Shown here in pieces: positions 38,585-49,120 of a DNA stretch of 64,000 nucleotides. The notes below the pieces were generated by a model that saw nothing but the letters and a program-made list of their open reading frames with translations, was not told the DNA's origin and did no database searches. Positions within the stretch are counted from its first letter, which is position 1. Every line of letters starts with the position of its first letter. Source of the stretch: an uncultured virus (IMG/VR IMGVR_UViG_3300028129_000011) (lineage: Duplodnaviria > Heunggongvirae > Uroviricota > Caudoviricetes); IMG/VR virus record IMGVR_UViG_3300028129_000011. The stretch is one strand, 5' to 3'. A program made the translations under genes and the position numbers.

Positions 38585-39778
38585 ATGTCAGAAGTAAAAC
38601 AAGAAGGAGACTTTAAAATAAAGTCTAAGCCTAAAAAACCTAAAAACTTAGGTAAAAAAAATGAAATAACAAGAGTTGAAATACCTAACGAAACACCAAA
38701 AGATCAAGGTGAAGTTATTCCTGAAGTTACAAAAGTAGAAATAAAAACAACACCAAATGCCGATACAGAGCAAGAAACAACAAACGTGGTTACAGATGAA
38801 CCAACCCCAATTGTACAGGAAGTGGTTGAAGAAGTATCACAACAACAAAGCTCCGTTCAAAATGAAGTCGCTGAAATTACAGAAATAACTGAAGAAGAAG
38901 TACAAGATTTAGAACAAGAGTTAGGTGAAGCTTTAGATAGTCAAGAAAAATCTGGAACTAAGTTACCAGAAAACATCGAAAAGCTCGTATCTTTTATGGA
39001 AGAAACTGGAGGTACTTTAGAAGATTACGTTAGATTAAACCGTGATTATTCTAATGTTAATGAAAACGCTTTGTTAAAAGAATATTACAAAAAAACAAAA
39101 CCTCATTTAGACGATGAGGATATTAATATCATCTTAGAAGATTTTTCATATGATGAAGAACTTGACGATGAAAGAGAAATACGCAAAGCAAAAATTGCGT
39201 ACAAAGAAGAAATTGCAAAAGCCAAAAACTTTTTAGAGGAAACTAAGAGTAAATATTACGATGAGATCAAGTTGAGACCAGGCGTAACTCAAGACCAACA
39301 AAAAGCTATGGACTTTTTCAATAGATACAATGAAGAGCAAGAAACTGCTAAACAAAAACATCAAGAGTTTTTACAAAAAACTAAAAACTTACTAAACAAC
39401 GATTTTAAAGGTTTTGATTTCAGTGTAGGTGAGAAAAAATTTAGGTATGGAGTAAAAAATGTTGATAATGTAGTTAAAGAGCAATCAGATATATCCACGT
39501 TTATAGGTAGGTTCCTAGACAAAAATGGTAATATATCAGATACTAAAGGGTATCATAAAGCTCTCTATGCTGCAAGAAATGCCGACACTATTGCACAACA
39601 CTTTTACGAGCAAGGTAAAGCTGACGCTATAAAAGAAGTTGCTGCTAAATCTAAAAACATTACAACAGAGCCAAGGCAAAATGCAAGCGGCAATGTTTTT
39701 GTTAATGGAATAAAAGTTAAAGCAATTAGTGGTCTTGATTCCTCGAAACTAAAAATAAAAACAAGAAAATTTAACTAA
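38585..39778 (+). CDS. Capsid scaffold protein (putative)
   Basis: Acidic protein between portal and capsid; HFYEQGKADA. Confidence 0.7.
   Translation: MSEVKQEGDFKIKSKPKKPKNLGKKNEITRVEIPNETPKDQGEVIPEVTKVEIKTTPNADTEQETTNVVTDEPTPIVQEVVEEVSQQQSSVQNEVAEITEITEEEVQDLEQELGEALDSQEKSGTKLPENIEKLVSFMEETGGTLEDYVRLNRDYSNVNENALLKEYYKKTKPHLDDEDINIILEDFSYDEELDDEREIRKAKIAYKEEIAKAKNFLEETKSKYYDEIKLRPGVTQDQQKAMDFFNRYNEEQETAKQKHQEFLQKTKNLLNNDFKGFDFSVGEKKFRYGVKNVDNVVKEQSDISTFIGRFLDKNGNISDTKGYHKALYAARNADTIAQHFYEQGKADAIKEVAAKSKNITTEPRQNASGNVFVNGIKVKAISGLDSSKLKIKTRKFN
38757..38888 (+). CDS. Overprinted 43-aa basic peptide in the +1 frame of the scaffold gene
   Basis: MPIQSKKQQTWLQMNQPQLYRKWLKKYHNNKAPFKMKSLKLQK; A-rich start context; ends with the PFKMK motif of this phage's small basic proteins. 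Confidence 0.7.
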   Translation: MPIQSKKQQTWLQMNQPQLYRKWLKKYHNNKAPFKMKSLKLQK

Positions 39779-39792
39779 AAAAATTAAAAATT

Positions 39793-41244
39793 ATGGCTTT
39801 AAGTCCTGCTTTCGGTTCAATTAAACCGAGTCAAAAACAACAAATTTTAGAATCTAACTTCTTATCATTTAATGGTGGTTCAGGAGCTGGAGATTCAAAC
39901 ACATTCGCACAACAGTATTTACCAGAGATCTACGAGCAAGAAGTAGAGCGTTATGGAAACAGAACATTATCTGGATTCTTACGTATGGTTGGTGCTGAAA
40001 TGCCAATGACTTCTGATCAAGTAATTTGGTCTGAACAAAATAGATTACACGTTGCTTACAACGATGTAGCTAACGACGGAACTAACACTTTAACTTTTAC
40101 AGTTGGTGGTTCTGGAGATGCATTTGTAGAAAACGTAATTTCTAAAAACCAAACTATTGTGATCTTAGATCCAGCTGGTTTAGAATTAAAAGCTTTAGTA
40201 ACTCAATCTTCTCAGACTGGTTCTACTGCTACTATTGAGGTTGCTCCTTATACTGCTGCTAACACTGGTGCTTTAGCTGCTACAGGATTAAAAATCTTTG
40301 TATACGGTTCTGAATATGGAAAAGGATCTAGCATTGCTAACTCTACTGGAGCTACTGATGTTAATGGTTACAAATCTATAACTCCTTCTTTTACTCAACA
40401 CTCTAACTCTCCTATCATTATCAGAAATAAATATGTAGTTTCTGGATCTGATATGGCTCAAATCGGTTGGGTTGAAGTAGCTACTGAAGATGGTGCTTCT
40501 GGATATTTATGGTATTTAAAAGCTGAGTCTGAAACTAGATTACGTTTCGAAGATTACTTAGAAATGTCTGTAGTTGAAGGTGAAAAAGCTGCTGCTTCTT
40601 CTGGAGCTGAAGCTGCTGGAGTAAAAGGTACTCAAGGTTTATTTGCTGCTATCAAAGAAAGAGGTAATGTAAACGTTGGTTTTACTGCTGCTACTGGATT
40701 AGCTGCTTTTGATGAAATCTTAAAAAACTTAGATACTCAAGGAGCTATTGAAGAGAACATGTTATTCTTAAACAGACAAACTGCTTTAGATTTTGATGAC
40801 ATGTTATCTGATATTTCTGCTGGAAACAACGGAGGTACTGCTTATGGATTATTTGAGAATTCAGAAGATATGGCTTTAAACTTAGGTTTCTCTGGTTTCA
40901 GAAGAGGTTCTTATGACTTCTATAAAACTGATTGGAAATACTTAAACGATGCATCTACTCGTGGAGCAATCCAAGGAGCTACTGCAAGTGTTGAAGGTGT
41001 ATTAGTACCTGCTGGAACTTCTACAGTTTACGATCAAATCTTAGGAACTAACATTAGACGTCCTTTCTTACACGTAAGATATAGAGCTTCTCAAGCTGAT
41101 GATAGAAGAATGAAAACTTGGTTAACTGGTTCTGCTGGTGGAGCTTTCACTTCTGATTTAGATGCTATGGAAGTAAACTTCTTATCTGAAAGATGTTTAT
41201 GCGTACAAGGTGCTAACAACTTTGTATTATTCCAAGGAGTATAA
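39793..41244 (+). CDS. Major capsid protein
   Basis: Position, size and strongly optimised codons; followed by a terminator hairpin. Confidence 0.85.
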   Translation: MALSPAFGSIKPSQKQQILESNFLSFNGGSGAGDSNTFAQQYLPEIYEQEVERYGNRTLSGFLRMVGAEMPMTSDQVIWSEQNRLHVAYNDVANDGTNTLTFTVGGSGDAFVENVISKNQTIVILDPAGLELKALVTQSSQTGSTATIEVAPYTAANTGALAATGLKIFVYGSEYGKGSSIANSTGATDVNGYKSITPSFTQHSNSPIIIRNKYVVSGSDMAQIGWVEVATEDGASGYLWYLKAESETRLRFEDYLEMSVVEGEKAAASSGAEAAGVKGTQGLFAAIKERGNVNVGFTAATGLAAFDEILKNLDTQGAIEENMLFLNRQTALDFDDMLSDISAGNNGGTAYGLFENSEDMALNLGFSGFRRGSYDFYKTDWKYLNDASTRGAIQGATASVEGVLVPAGTSTVYDQILGTNIRRPFLHVRYRASQADDRRMKTWLTGSAGGAFTSDLDAMEVNFLSERCLCVQGANNFVLFQGV

Positions 41245-41257
41245 CTCACATGTAATA

Positions 41258-41286
41258 CTTACCCTCGTTGAACTGACGGGGGTAAA
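41258..41286 (+). terminator. Hairpin after the capsid gene
   Basis: TTACCCTCGT-TGAACTG-ACGGGGGTAA. Confidence 0.6.
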
Positions 41287-41322
41287 TATTACCCTTATTA
41301 AACTATTAAATTTTATTATATT

Positions 41323-42138
41323 ATGGCTAAACAAGCTACAGCAAAAAAAGTTGAGGTTGCTCCTCAAAAAACAACTAGTGCAAAACCTGCACAAGCAGCA
41401 AAACCAAGTTGGGAAATAAAAGATAGAACATATATTTTAACTAGAGGCATTAGCCCATTAACATATACAATACCATCTAGACATACATCAAAACATGCTT
41501 TATTGTATTTTGATAAAGAGTCTGGTGAACAAAAAGAAATAAGATATGCGACAAATCAAGCTTCACCATTTAAAAAAGAACAAGAGGGAGAAGCTACATT
41601 AGGTCACATTATATTTTCAAATGGTACTTTAATTGTACCAAAAGAAAAACAAAATTTACAAAAATTATTATCATTATATCATCCGTTAAAAAATAGAATA
41701 TACACAGAGTTTAGCCCTGTTGAAGTTGCGGAAGATGAATTAGATATTTTAGATCTACAAATAGACGCTATGACAGCTGCAAGATCAATGGAAATAGATC
41801 AAGCTGAAGCTATAATGAGAGTAGAACATGGCTCATCTGTTAATTCTATGAGTTCTAAGGAGATTAAAAGAGATTTATTACTATTTGCTAGAAAAAATCC
41901 TAACTTATTCTTAGAATTAGCGAATGATGACAATGTTCAATTGAGAAACTTTGCTATTAAAGCTGCTGAAGCTAACATTATTAAGTTGTCTCAAGATCAA
42001 AGAACCTTTACATGGGGATCAACTGGTAGAAAATTAATGAGTGTACCTTTTGATGAAAACCCTTACTCTGCATTTGCAGCTTTCTTAAAAACAGATGAAG
42101 GTGTTGAGATTTATAGATCTATAGAGAAAAATCTATAA
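41323..42138 (+). CDS. Hypothetical virion-module protein
   Basis: ORF after capsid gene. Confidence 0.65.
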   Translation: MAKQATAKKVEVAPQKTTSAKPAQAAKPSWEIKDRTYILTRGISPLTYTIPSRHTSKHALLYFDKESGEQKEIRYATNQASPFKKEQEGEATLGHIIFSNGTLIVPKEKQNLQKLLSLYHPLKNRIYTEFSPVEVAEDELDILDLQIDAMTAARSMEIDQAEAIMRVEHGSSVNSMSSKEIKRDLLLFARKNPNLFLELANDDNVQLRNFAIKAAEANIIKLSQDQRTFTWGSTGRKLMSVPFDENPYSAFAAFLKTDEGVEIYRSIEKNL

Positions 42139-42155
42139 AAACAAGTAATAGTAAT

Positions 42156-42187
42156 TATAGCCGGTGACAATTTGTTACCGGTTATAT
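42156..42187 (+). terminator. Hairpin
   Basis: TATAGCCGGTGACAA-T-TTGTTACCGGTTATA. Confidence 0.55.
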
Positions 42188-42200
42188 TAAAACAGAAAAA

Positions 42201-44171
42201 ATGGCGATAAACGTAGATACGGTATATAAAACAGTTTTACTTATACTAAATAAAGAGCAGCGAGGTTATATTACACCGGACGAGTTTAATAAAACAGCTA
42301 CTCAAGTTCAATTAGATATATTTGAACAATATTTTGATGACATTAATCAACAACTACGTGTGCCACAAACTGATTACGACTACGCTGATAGGCAAATGAA
42401 TATAGATGAAAAAATATCTATATTTAAAACTGAAGGTAATTGTACTTATAATTCAGGTAAATTCAATTTACCTACTACTGATACAGATGGTAACACTGTT
42501 ATATATAATGGATCTGAGCCAATTAATGGTCAAGTTTCATTTTATAGATTAGGTACACCTGTATACACTCCAAACGTTGGGTTTCCTATAGAACTACAGA
42601 GATTACAACGTAATGATTTCTACAACATTGAGAGATCTCCATTAACAGCATCTACTAAAGATTTTCCTACTTTTCTTTATGAAAACAATAAGATAATAAT
42701 AAGACCTGTGAGTATAGTGTCTGGTGTTTCTACTAGTTTTGTAAGAAAACCTAAAAACGTTGTATGGGGTTATCAATTAGGTAACTTAGGTCAATATGTT
42801 TACGATGCATCTACCTCTACACAAATAGAGTTAAATGCTTCTGAACAAGTTGAGGTAATAACAAGGATATTATTATACTCTGGTGTTATAGTTAGAGACC
42901 CTCAAATAATACAAGTAGCTGCTTCTGAGATACAGCAAAACGAAATAAACCAAAAAAGCTAGTAAATGTCATTAATACAAGAAAACAACAGGCAGTACTA
43001 TGAAGGTGCTCAAGGATTTAAAGGTGATGGTACTACTACATCTTTTACTACAACATTTAACACTGATTTAGTATGGTATAGTGCTGATCCTAGTGTTACT
43101 AGTTACGCTAACAACAACTTCAAGTTATATACTAGTGCTAATGGTTTACCTGATAGTTGGTCTGAAATTACTTCTGGTTATTCTGTTGTTGGTAACAAAA
43201 TTACATTCACATCGGCACCAGCTGATGGTTTATATATAACAGTACAGTTAAAAAGAATTGATGGTGGTAATTACGGTTCTACTTACAACGATAAAGCTTA
43301 TGGAGACGCTGTAGAGAAAAACTACGGATCATACGCTTATACCAAGCTTAACGACATTATAAATAATTTTATTGTTGCTTACGTTGGTGTTGGTAAATTA
43401 ATACCTAGTGTAAAAAGAACTGATGTTGTTTTTCACGCTAAAAGAGCAATGCAAGAGTTTAGCTATGACACTTTAAAAAGTGTAAACTCTCAAGAACTAA
43501 CAATACCAAACAGTTTAAGTGTGGCTATACCTCAGGACTACGTAAACTATGTTAACTTATACTGGGTAGATGATCAAGGTGTTAAACATATAATAATGCC
43601 AACTAAATTAACTAGTAACCCTTACGAAAACCCTCTACAAGATAACAAAGGTATACCTATACAAGATAATGATGGTGATAACATTGATGGTACTTCTATA
43701 ACTGAAGAAAGATGGGCTGAAAATAATTTAAAAAATAGAAAAGATTATATTAATAACACTGAATTTAGTTGGGACTACTACTATGGTGAAAACTCTTACG
43801 GAGCTGGTCAACTATATGGTTTAGATCCTCAAAATGCTAATGTAAATGGCTACTTCACAATAAACGAAAGAGAAGGTAAGTTTTCTTTTTCATCTGATCT
43901 AGTTGGTAAGATAATCATACTAGAATACATATCTGATGGTTTATCTACAAACGAAAATACTAGAGTGCCTAAACTAGCTGAAGAAGCTATGTATGCTTAT
44001 ATAAGTCATGCTATTATTGCTTCTAGAATTAACCAACCTGAGTATATAGTTAATAGACTTAAAAGAGAAAAAAGTGCAAAGCTTAGAAATGCTAAAATAA
44101 GATTATCTAACTTAAAGGTAAATGAGTTGATTCAAGTTATGAGAGGAAAATCTAAATGGATAAAACACTAG
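42201..44171 (+). other. Two putative head-tail adaptor/ring proteins (42201-42962, 42966-44171)
   Basis: Position between capsid and tail stabilisation genes; ITPDEFN, IPQDYVNYV. Confidence 0.6.
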
Positions 44172-44177
44172 AATTAA

Positions 44178-47100
44178 ATGAATGAAGTTAAAAACGCTTT
44201 TATAAAGTCTAAAATGAATAAAGATCTTGACAGTAGATTAATACCGTCAGGAGAATATAGACATGCTCAAAACTCTCAAGTTAGTAAGTCAGAGGGTTCT
44301 GATGTTGGTTCTTTGGAAAATATATTAGGTAATAGTTTAGTTGCTGATTTAACTGATGGTAATCCTAATGTAAACTCTATAGGATACTTTGCTGATAACA
44401 CTACTAGTGTAGTGTATGTTTTTTTAACTGATAATAATAATGCTAGCGGAGCTTATGATCCAAACGCTGTTAATATTATATTTAAGTATGACATAAACTT
44501 AAATACAGCTACTAAGTTAGTTGAAGGCGCTTTTTTAAATTTCCATAAATCTTATCCTATATTTGGTGTTAACTTATTAGAAAATCTATTATTTTGGACA
44601 GATAATAGAAACCAACCTAGAAAAATAAACGTAGATAAAACTCTAGGATATTATACTACTGAAGATCATATATCTGTAGCTAAATTCTATCCCTTCAAAA
44701 GTATAGATCTTTTTAGAGAAAGTCCACTCGCAGCTTTAAATTATGAAACAACTATGCAAGATGTTGTTAGTAAAAACTTACCTAACGGAGGTAGTGCTAC
44801 TATAAGTGCAGCTGTTGTGAATTCTAATACATTTGATATATCTAACTTAAACATACCTGTAACACCTAATACACTTGAGCAAGGTTTTACTGTTAGTTAT
44901 ATCGACGCTAATGGAGATATTGTAGACACAAACGAAACTATATCTTCTTTTACTGACCCTACAGTAACTCTAACTGGAAACGTTAATATACCACTAACAA
45001 CAACGGTTACTCAGATAATATTCAATGCTAATCCATACTATGATAAAAATTACTCAGGTGATATTTCTTTTATAGAAGATAAATTTGTTAGATTTAGCTA
45101 TAGGTTTAAGTTTGATGATGGAGAATACTCTTTAGTAGCACCATTTACTCAATCTTGTTTTATACCTAAGCAAGACGGTTATTTCTTAAATAAAGATCAA
45201 GATATAGTAGGTCCAGATGCTAGCGCTACTGGTGATGAGTTACAAGCGATACAATCTACTATAGTTAAATTCATGGAAAACAAGGTAAATAAGATTTATC
45301 TACAAATACCATTACCTACTACTAAAAGTAATTTTAATTCTTCATTTCACGTGCAAGAAATAGATATTATACTTAAAGAATCTGATGGTTTAGCTTTACA
45401 AGTTTTAGACACTATAGAAGTAGATCAAAACTTCACTGGAACTGAAAATGTTTTAGAGTATGAGTATTTAGGTAAAAAACCTTACAAAACCTTACCATCA
45501 AACGAAGTTACTAGAGTGTATGATAAGGTACCATTAAAAGCTTTAGCTCAAGAAATTATAAGTAATAGAGTTGTTTATGGTAACTATATCAATAAACCAA
45601 CTCCACCTAGCTTTTTAAACTATAATGTATCTGCAACTGAAAAATATGATTTTAACTTAAATGAAAATAGAACTAGTGTTGTTGAATATCCAAGTAGTAG
45701 TTTAAAAACAAATAGAGAATATCAAGTTGGTTTTGTTTTAGCTGATAGATATGGTAGACAGTCATCTGTAATATTATCTAACAATAAAGATGCAATAACA
45801 GTAGGAAATACAACATACACTGGATCTTCTTTATTTTCTCCTTATATAGATCAAAATGTAGGAGATAATATAGATTCTTGGTTTGGTAATTCTTTAAAAA
45901 TACTTTTAAATGACCCAATACCTAGTGGGATTACAGGTATATATAATGACGATATAAATAGTCCAAATTATAACCCGACTGGTTGGTACTCTTATAAAAT
46001 TGTTGTTAAGCAAAACGAACAAGAATACTATAACGTATATGCTGCTGGCGCAGTTAAAGGTAACCCTTTTAATAATACTGTAGACCTCAATAATACTTAT
46101 ATAAGTTTAGAAAGTGATAATATAAATAAAGTACCTAGAGATTTATCAGAAGTTGGTCCAGATCAAAAACAATATAGAAGTTCTGTTCGTTTATATCCTA
46201 GAGTAAATATACTTAATAGATTAAATTTAAACCAAGGTGATGATAATATTCAGTTTTACCCTGGTAATAACTTTTTTACTGTGGATAGTATACAGGATAT
46301 GTATGACACTTTCAATATAGAAAGATTTGATGCTACAGTTAGTACTTCAGAGCTATATATGTTTCAAAACGCTAAATCAAATCCACTATTAGCCAGAGTT
46401 ACAACATCTTCAGATCCTAATGAACAATTTGGTATAATAGCTGATGATCCTTTAAGTTCTGGTTCTATGAAAAACCTAGTTGTTTTAGAGACTAATCCAG
46501 TAGTATCTAGATTAGATATATTTTGGGAAACTTCTACATCTGGCATAATAAAAGACTTAAATGAATCTGTTGCTGGTAATAATTATGTAACAGATTTTTC
46601 TTCATCTTTTGATAATACTTTTTTCAGTGAGTCACTAGATGTTGATGACAATATATTTAATGCTTCGTTTACACCTGTTAACTCTATAGGCGCTAACATA
46701 ACTCCAGGTTGGATAACTAGCTTTACTCTTGATTATGTTAAAAACACTCAGTCTACACCTCTAGATGTTTCTAGTTATTTTACTTTTTATGAAGTAGATC
46801 CATCAGGTAATCCTGGTTTTTACAATATAAAGGTAACTAATGATTTTGTAAATAACATATTCTATGGTTCAGACGTTTCAAAAAGAGAGTTTGATTTTAG
46901 ATTTTCTATAACTATCACGGAACCAGGTCAGCAACCAGTGACATCTATAGTAGATAAAATATTATCTTTAACAAATGATGCGCCTACTATGACGCCTAAT
47001 CAAACCTTAAACATAGACACAGATGGTTCTACAGCTAATTTAACAACTCTAACATCTGTAAATGGAGCTAGTACAAACAGTCCTAATAAAGGTAAAGATA

Positions 47101-47663
47101 TTAGTTGGTTTATACAATCACAATCTGGAGCTAATTCAGGTACTGTTAATTATTTTCGCGTTTCTTTTTCAAACACAGATTCATTATCAACATGTATTCT
47201 TCAAAACAATAACGTTGGTAATTTACCTGCTGATATATACACCGTTGTTGTAAAAACTGAAGATGCTGGTGGGTTAACAGATTCTATAACTATAACGATA
47301 AACAACTCTGTAGAAATTGGAACTGTCACTGAATATACATTTACGGATAGCTCAGGTGGTTTACCTCAAGAGTATAATTTTGTTGTAATAGAAGTAACAG
47401 GTGCATCTGATCCTAGTTTAGAAGGTTATTATGCTTACATAGGCACTTGGAGTATGTTATCATTTGGTTTTACAGTTGAAATAGATAACACTAACAGCGT
47501 TGGTCAAGGATCTTGTCCATCACCTTTAAACGGTGGTTGGATACTTGGAAGTAATAATAACGTAGTTGTAAGTCAAGCTACTGATTGTTTGGTTCCTGGC
47601 TTTAGTGGGTTGGTTACATCAGACAATCCAGATACTCGTGGATATGTATTTACCATAGTGTAA
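44178..47663 (+). CDS. Tail stabilisation/nozzle protein, N-terminal part
   Basis: F..SKMNKDLD.RL.P.GEYR.A.N, LFWTD.RNQPRKIN, RFSYRF, NRVVYGNY. Confidence 0.75.
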   Translation: MNEVKNAFIKSKMNKDLDSRLIPSGEYRHAQNSQVSKSEGSDVGSLENILGNSLVADLTDGNPNVNSIGYFADNTTSVVYVFLTDNNNASGAYDPNAVNIIFKYDINLNTATKLVEGAFLNFHKSYPIFGVNLLENLLFWTDNRNQPRKINVDKTLGYYTTEDHISVAKFYPFKSIDLFRESPLAALNYETTMQDVVSKNLPNGGSATISAAVVNSNTFDISNLNIPVTPNTLEQGFTVSYIDANGDIVDTNETISSFTDPTVTLTGNVNIPLTTTVTQIIFNANPYYDKNYSGDISFIEDKFVRFSYRFKFDDGEYSLVAPFTQSCFIPKQDGYFLNKDQDIVGPDASATGDELQAIQSTIVKFMENKVNKIYLQIPLPTTKSNFNSSFHVQEIDIILKESDGLALQVLDTIEVDQNFTGTENVLEYEYLGKKPYKTLPSNEVTRVYDKVPLKALAQEIISNRVVYGNYINKPTPPSFLNYNVSATEKYDFNLNENRTSVVEYPSSSLKTNREYQVGFVLADRYGRQSSVILSNNKDAITVGNTTYTGSSLFSPYIDQNVGDNIDSWFGNSLKILLNDPIPSGITGIYNDDINSPNYNPTGWYSYKIVVKQNEQEYYNVYAAGAVKGNPFNNTVDLNNTYISLESDNINKVPRDLSEVGPDQKQYRSSVRLYPRVNILNRLNLNQGDDNIQFYPGNNFFTVDSIQDMYDTFNIERFDATVSTSELYMFQNAKSNPLLARVTTSSDPNEQFGIIADDPLSSGSMKNLVVLETNPVVSRLDIFWETSTSGIIKDLNESVAGNNYVTDFSSSFDNTFFSESLDVDDNIFNASFTPVNSIGANITPGWITSFTLDYVKNTQSTPLDVSSYFTFYEVDPSGNPGFYNIKVTNDFVNNIFYGSDVSKREFDFRFSITITEPGQQPVTSIVDKILSLTNDAPTMTPNQTLNIDTDGSTANLTTLTSVNGASTNSPNKGKDISWFIQSQSGANSGTVNYFRVSFSNTDSLSTCILQNNNVGNLPADIYTVVVKTEDAGGLTDSITITINNSVEIGTVTEYTFTDSSGGLPQEYNFVVIEVTGASDPSLEGYYAYIGTWSMLSFGFTVEIDNTNSVGQGSCPSPLNGGWILGSNNNVVVSQATDCLVPGFSGLVTSDNPDTRGYVFTIV

Positions 47664-47690
47664 TAAGAATGAAAAATAAGTAATAATTAT

Positions 47691-49091
47691 ATGGGAGCAG
47701 TTATAGAAGTTAAATATTTTAACACTTTTCTACTTAGAAAAACAAATAGAAATGTATCAGGTGGAGGAAGTTCTACTCAGTCTCCAGCTTGGAATGGTTC
47801 CACAGGTATACCTAGTTCTGTTAACGGTGGGTATCCTGTTATTGATAGTGCAGATATTGTAGATAATAATTGGGTGATAGAGGAATCTAGAATAAGAGGA
47901 GGATACAATAATACAAGTGTAGATTTTGGAGTTAGAGCTTATGTAGTAGAAGACGAGCCTAAAGGTTTTAGAAGAGCAAATTCTTTAATATACTCAGGCA
48001 TATTTAATTCTAGAACAGGTATAAATAATACTAATGTATTTTCTGTAGGAGAAGAAATAACTAAATCAGCTGACCCAGCTAATGGCAGTATACAAAAGCT
48101 ATATTCTGAAGACACAAACCTTATTGTGTTACAAGAATCTAAAGTTTCTAGAGCTTTAATAGATAAAGACGCTATATATAGTGCTGAAGGAGGAGGTAGT
48201 ATAACTAATGTTAATACTACTATAGGCACAATACAACCTTATGCTGGTAATTTTGGTATAAGTAGAGATCCAGGTAGTTTTGCCGTTTATGGATATAGAA
48301 AGTATTTTACAGATAGAGATAGAAATACAGTTATAAGATTATCAATGGATGGCATCACTGAAATATCTAGATACGGTATGAGTGATTACTTTAGAGATGA
48401 ATTTTCTAATATTGATACATCTGGTTTAAGTGGCGTTGTAGTAGGTGGTTGGGATACGTACAACAAGCAGTATGTTATTTCAACTATGACTAATATTAAT
48501 TCAACTAATAATAGTTATAATACGTTATCATTTGACGAGGATGTTAAAGGTTTCCCTAGTTTCTTTACTTACAAACCTGATCAAATGTTCAGTGTTAGAG
48601 GTAGTTTCTATAGTTTAAAAAACGGTAGAATATGGAAACACTATAGTGACGACGTTAATAGAGGTAGTTTTTACGGAGATAATTCTTATGACACTACTAA
48701 AAGCTATATAGAATTCGTATTTAATCCAAACGTTAGTGCATCTAAAGTTTTTAAAACAATAAACTATGAAGGCAGTAATGGTTGGAAAGTTGAAAGTTTT
48801 ATAACCGATGTTGGTGATAAATCTAACATTGTATACAGTTACAACGAAGGAGCTTATCAAGAAGGTGGTGTGACTTATAGAGTTGGTTTTAATAATAAAG
48901 AAAATAAATACCACGCAGACTTAATAAATAACTCAGGTGTAAATCCTGGGGAAGTTGTATGGGGTAACAACATGACAGGTGTTAAAGGGTATTTTAGCAC
49001 AGTTAAAGTATCTACAGATCAAACAACAGACCCTGGTGGTTTAAAAGAGTTATTTGCTGTGTCATCTAACTTTGTAGAATCATCTTACTAA
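47691..49091 (+). CDS. Tail stabilisation/nozzle protein, C-terminal-like part
   Basis: GSIQKL, FGISRDP.SF, YFTD, GITEIS.YGM.DYF, KVFKTINYEG. Confidence 0.7.
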   Translation: MGAVIEVKYFNTFLLRKTNRNVSGGGSSTQSPAWNGSTGIPSSVNGGYPVIDSADIVDNNWVIEESRIRGGYNNTSVDFGVRAYVVEDEPKGFRRANSLIYSGIFNSRTGINNTNVFSVGEEITKSADPANGSIQKLYSEDTNLIVLQESKVSRALIDKDAIYSAEGGGSITNVNTTIGTIQPYAGNFGISRDPGSFAVYGYRKYFTDRDRNTVIRLSMDGITEISRYGMSDYFRDEFSNIDTSGLSGVVVGGWDTYNKQYVISTMTNINSTNNSYNTLSFDEDVKGFPSFFTYKPDQMFSVRGSFYSLKNGRIWKHYSDDVNRGSFYGDNSYDTTKSYIEFVFNPNVSASKVFKTINYEGSNGWKVESFITDVGDKSNIVYSYNEGAYQEGGVTYRVGFNNKENKYHADLINNSGVNPGEVVWGNNMTGVKGYFSTVKVSTDQTTDPGGLKELFAVSSNFVESSY

Positions 49092-49120
49092 AATATTAAT
49101 AACATTAAAAAATATAAACA

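Noticed and set aside
39260..39320. Second off-bias codon patch in the scaffold gene as an overprinted ORF
   Set aside because: The +1 frame closes after four codons (ATG AGA TCA AGT TGA)
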